Origin: a virus
Direction: 5' to 3' (one strand)
Virus genome (UHGV): UHGV-0071988
Length of the DNA: 16,916 bases
How positions within the stretch are numbered: position 1 is the stretch's first letter; every line of letters starts with the position of its first letter. Made by a program: the position numbers and the translations under genes. The notes below the pieces were generated by a model. It was not told the DNA's origin and did no database searches. It was given only the letters and a program-made list of their open reading frames with translations. Of this stretch, positions 14,197 to 16,916 are shown piece after piece.

Positions 14197-14445
14197 ATGG
14201 CCGCACCATCAAAACCACCAAAGAAGAACAGCAAAGGCGTACCGCCATCGATCGAACAACCGCAGGTTTTCGACCCGACTGAAACGCCAACCAGAACCAA
14301 ATCAGGTGGGGCACAAATGGCGTTTAACGTCGACCCTGAATTTAAACGCGAGTACAAAACGTTCGCCAGCTCAATGGATATGTCATTGAAAGAAGTGCTG
14401 ACAAAATCTTTTGAGTTACTCAAGGCTCAATACAACCAGAAGTAA
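14197..14445 (+). CDS. ParG-like ribbon-helix-helix partition/centromere-binding protein (82 aa)
   Basis: Start at ATG 14197 (SD AAGAGG 9 nt upstream). Lys/Pro-rich disordered N-terminal tail, then a beta-strand (MAFNVD) and two helices, as in ParG-type type Ib proteins. Confidence 0.55.
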   Translation: MAAPSKPPKKNSKGVPPSIEQPQVFDPTETPTRTKSGGAQMAFNVDPEFKREYKTFASSMDMSLKEVLTKSFELLKAQYNQK

Positions 14446-14507
14446 GAGAAGGTGACGGCCTCCAGCGCCAACTGTTGGCCGTCGCGACACAACAAGGGGA
14501 ATTTGTT

Positions 14508-14657
14508 ATGTCCGAGCAACAATATACACGGTTACTGAAAACTCGTCTAACCGACCTCAAACGGCTGCAAGCTGGTCGCTTATTTGCCCTGCTATCCACC
14601 AGGCCAGAATGGGTACGTGAAGCAGTTCTGAAAGGCTTAATGCGCTCCAGCGTTTAA
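14508..14657 (+). CDS. Possible small protein (49 aa)
   Basis: Internal ATG of track ORF 14475-14657 with SD AGGGGA 8 nt upstream: MSEQQYTRLLKTRLTDLKRL... Ends 10 nt before a strong hairpin. Confidence 0.35.
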   Translation: MSEQQYTRLLKTRLTDLKRLQAGRLFALLSTRPEWVREAVLKGLMRSSV

Positions 14658-14667
14658 ATTCAACCAT

Positions 14668-14689
14668 AAAAAAGGCCCCCGAAGGGGCC
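14668..14689 (-). terminator. Intrinsic terminator, minus-strand oriented (GGCCCC-cgaa-GGGGCC plus U-run)
   Basis: Hairpin at 14674-14689 with A6 on the plus strand at 14668-14673, giving a U-run after the stem for a minus-strand transcript. No U-run in the plus direction. Confidence 0.55.
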
Positions 14690-15204
14690 TAATCGCTACT
14701 TGCTGCTAATGTTTATCGTCACATTCAGAGCGTTATCAGTAATCTTCCAACCCTCTCCATGTGGCGTAAACAAAGCTCCAGTAACAACGATCAAAATACA
14801 TACGTATTTCCTCATTGTATTGGCCCTCGCAGGCCGTTTCACGGCATCTCCACCGACGAAAATGACGCGAGAGCAAGCACACCGCTTGTGCTTGCGTGTA
14901 CGGCAAGTGGATGATCCTTTCCTTAAAGTCGGTGCCCGGGTGCGAATCGGCGAAAAGGCCCCAAGCCATATTACACGTCCTCGCCTTCATAATGAAGGAA
15001 TAACAAATGCTTTTATTACATGTAATTACATCCGAAGAAGTTAAAAAACTTCATTCTGCATGAACTAAGGAACTAAATTTCTTTATATGAATAGTGGACT
15101 ATTCACCTCAGTTGAGTAAGAATAGATACGCCGCTTGTGCTTGCGTGGTTGTTTATACAACGACGTTATGCTGAAAGGACCGCGAATCCGATCAGCACGA
15201 AAGA

Positions 15205-15231
15205 ACCGTCCTCAAAAGGACGGTTTTTTTG
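15205..15231 (+). terminator. Intrinsic terminator, plus-strand oriented (ACCGTCC-tcaaaa-GGACGGT plus T7)
   Basis: Stem 15205-15211 / 15218-15224 followed by TTTTTTT (15224-15230). The stop codon of the minus-strand regulator gene (15212-15214) lies in its loop. Confidence 0.6.
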
Positions 15232-15784
15232 TTTCTTCACTCATTAAAAACCGTCCAAGACCTGTTGATGACTCCAGATAATCTCGATTATCCATATCAG
15301 CACCGTTATCGACCCAATGTCTATATGCTTCATTGCAACAATACATTACAGCAGTTGGAGTAACAGGGAAGCCGCCCCCAAATGAGAATCCCATTGAGCT
15401 AATGCTAATTCTTTCGAATGGCCTATTTCTCAATGCTTCAAACCCCTTACTGTTGAAGTAACTCAGCATCAGAGGCAAAAGGTTATCCTCGTCCTGATCG
15501 ATTGTTCCCGGGAAAAAGTAGTAACCACAGCGATTAAATTCGGGAATCAGTTTTTCTACCAACAACATGAAATTCATTGGGCTAATATTAAGGGCAGAGC
15601 AAGCACCAAAAAGAGCATCAACCGTTAATACAGACTGCCCGTTCTCTATCTTTGTCCATGCGTTTGGTGTTTTTCCGGCAGCTTGAGCCAGTACTCCTTG
15701 ATGCACACCTCTTTCAAGCCTAAGTTCTTTTATGATCATTAGGTGAATTGTTGAAAAACATGAATTTTTTGATGTTTCAGTCAT
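15212..15784 (-). CDS. XRE-family HTH transcriptional regulator with uncharacterised C-terminal domain (190 aa), AT-rich
   Basis: Strong SD GAGGAGG 6 nt upstream. N-terminal IIKELRLERGVHQGVLAQAAGKTPNAWTKIENGQSVLTVDALFGACSALNISP is a Cro/C1-type HTH. Divergent from the antirepressor-like operon. Confidence 0.7.
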   Translation of the reverse strand: MTETSKNSCFSTIHLMIIKELRLERGVHQGVLAQAAGKTPNAWTKIENGQSVLTVDALFGACSALNISPMNFMLLVEKLIPEFNRCGYYFFPGTIDQDEDNLLPLMLSYFNSKGFEALRNRPFERISISSMGFSFGGGFPVTPTAVMYCCNEAYRHWVDNGADMDNRDYLESSTGLGRFLMSEETKKPSF

Positions 15785-15854
15785 TTTTTACCTCCTCTGC
15801 ATTAAATTCACTACCAATTTCCAATCTCAAAAGAAACCACAATCAATACCATCT

Positions 15855-15981
15855 AGTTCCCTACATTCACAGCATACCCAAAAAACTGGATATGAAGCAA
15901 ATTTTTTCGCAAATAAATCACAACAAGTTCCTTATACTCATATATAAGTTCCCTACATTCATATAATGTTCCCAACAATCC
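15855..15981. repeat. Four direct repeats (consensus AGTTCCCTACATTCA), three of them phased at 20-21 bp
   Basis: Identical 15-mers at 15855-15869 and 15947-15961; variants at 15926-15940 (12/15) and 15967-15981 (about 10/15). Located between the XRE regulator gene and the rightward operon. Confidence 0.6.
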
Positions 15982-16358
15982 AGTGTCAAACAAATTTGAT
16001 TGGTCAAATCATGCGCTTAATGAGCAGAAAATTCCGTTTTTCAAACCCACGCTATGTGGTTGTCTCTGTTAAAATCTCGCCGTATTGACATGAATGCGCC
16101 ATTGGTGGACACTTTCCGAGCCGTAGCAAAATCTACGGCCGGGATTGGAACCCCGTAGACACAATGGCGCATACCGCGTTAGCGGTTTTTTTATGCGTAA
16201 AGCACTGCTACACCCAAATTATGGTGGGGCGTGCGGGGGAGTCGTAAGACTCGCCGGTTCGTCATTGTGTCCGGTAGTTCCAACCCTGCACGTCTCACCA
16301 CCCAATGATTGGAACCTGACGGTGGTGAGTATCCTTAACCTTTAAGGGAATCATCACA

Positions 16359-16550
16359 ATGACAAACCTACCCCATGACTATTACGTCAACCTCGTAAAG
16401 ATCCTTCTCAAGAAAGCCTCATACGCCGATAAATTCCGCCTGGCTGAAATAATCGAGCGCGAAGCTATGCGCATCGCCAGCAACGATAACGCTGTTTCTG
16501 ACGCAAAAATCTCCCTCGTAACCAAAGTAGTTATGGGAGGTGCAAAATGA
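16359..16550 (+). CDS. Hypothetical small protein (63 aa)
   Basis: ORF with SD AAGGGAA; stop overlaps the start of the next gene (ATGA). Confidence 0.5.
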   Translation: MTNLPHDYYVNLVKILLKKASYADKFRLAEIIEREAMRIASNDNAVSDAKISLVTKVVMGGAK

Positions 16551-16864
16551 AAACGCTTCCGACCGTTAACACCCTACAGCCTATCCTGCATAACCAAATC
16601 CCTGTCATTACTACCGAGTTACTGGCACAGCTTTACGGCGTATCTCCTGTACGCATTCGACAAAATCATCATGAGAATAAGGAACGCTTCATTGAAGGTA
16701 AGCACTACTTCAAAATTGAAGGTAACGAACTTCGAGAGTTAAAGCACAAAGTGACTCAAGATAATGATGTGAAGAACAAAAACTCTTTAAGAGATTCAGT
16801 TAATGACGCCCCCTCTAAAAGAGAGAGCGTCGAGCACAGAGTAGTTTTAAACTACTCTGTTTGA
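16547..16864 (+). CDS. ORF6N/KilA-N-like domain protein (antirepressor-like N-terminal domain, 105 aa)
   Basis: SD GGGAGG 6 nt upstream. Segment ITTELLAQLYGVSPVRIRQNHHENKERFIEGKHYFKIEGNELRELK matches my recollection of the ORF6N/Bro-N-type domain found at the N-terminus of phage antirepressors. Confidence 0.55.
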   Translation: MKTLPTVNTLQPILHNQIPVITTELLAQLYGVSPVRIRQNHHENKERFIEGKHYFKIEGNELRELKHKVTQDNDVKNKNSLRDSVNDAPSKRESVEHRVVLNYSV

Positions 16865-16916
16865 AGTGGCACACTGAATTTGGCCACCTGAACAGAGGTG
16901 ATATGCTCACCTCAGA

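Noticed and set aside
14700-15044. Overlapping ORFs 14700-15044 (+) and 14736-14990 (-)
   Set aside because: Neither has an SD or recognisable composition; both span hairpins and a direct repeat in what looks like a non-coding block.
16085-16340. Retron ncRNA (msr/msd)
   Set aside because: Considered because of the inverted repeats in a non-coding stretch, but there is no reverse transcriptase gene nearby; the downstream genes are small and antirepressor-like.
16145-16345. 66-aa ORF with TTG start
   Set aside because: GC-rich, hairpin-dense region with a non-ATG start and no SD; better explained as structured RNA (see the leader finding).
1-16916. CRISPR array, rRNA, integrase/attachment site or IS element
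   Set aside because: No regularly spaced identical direct repeats with unique spacers, no rRNA-like sequence, and no ORF with integrase or transposase features in any frame; the 17-nt direct repeat pair at 14882/15131 is a single pair.

Overview
This 16.9-kb window reads as part of an enterobacterial (E. coli/Salmonella-like) lambdoid temperate phage, possibly a phage-plasmid. All protein-family calls are motif recognition by eye from the translations; no database search was run. Positions 1-12051 are almost entirely minus-strand genes; from 12226 onward mostly plus-strand. In map order: two tandem ParB-like nuclease-domain genes (one truncated at the window start); an AT-rich cluster of small genes; an MT-A70-type DNA adenine methyltransferase; a tRNA with CAU anticodon (tRNA-Ile2-like); a lysis cassette (two membrane proteins, GH108-type endolysin, overlapping i-/o-spanins) with an intrinsic terminator abutting its first RBS; a cargo block (coiled-coil protein, ASCH protein, PapI/FaeA-like wHTH protein, 355-aa protein); a QuuD/Q-like antiterminator behind nin-type genes; a divergent Cro-like/CI-like immunity switch with four ACCAC-N5-GTGGT operators; a small ParA plus RHH (ParF/ParG-like) partition module; and a second, immI-like control region (XRE regulator, 21-bp-phased direct repeats, structured leader, ORF6N antirepressor-like gene). 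The most unusual non-coding structure is a ~110-bp promoter/leader element present twice, a family of AT-rich palindromic sites at seven locations (three in the par operon, four at other promoters), and terminators placed directly in front of ribosome-binding sites. No CRISPR array, rRNA, integrase or transposase was seen.
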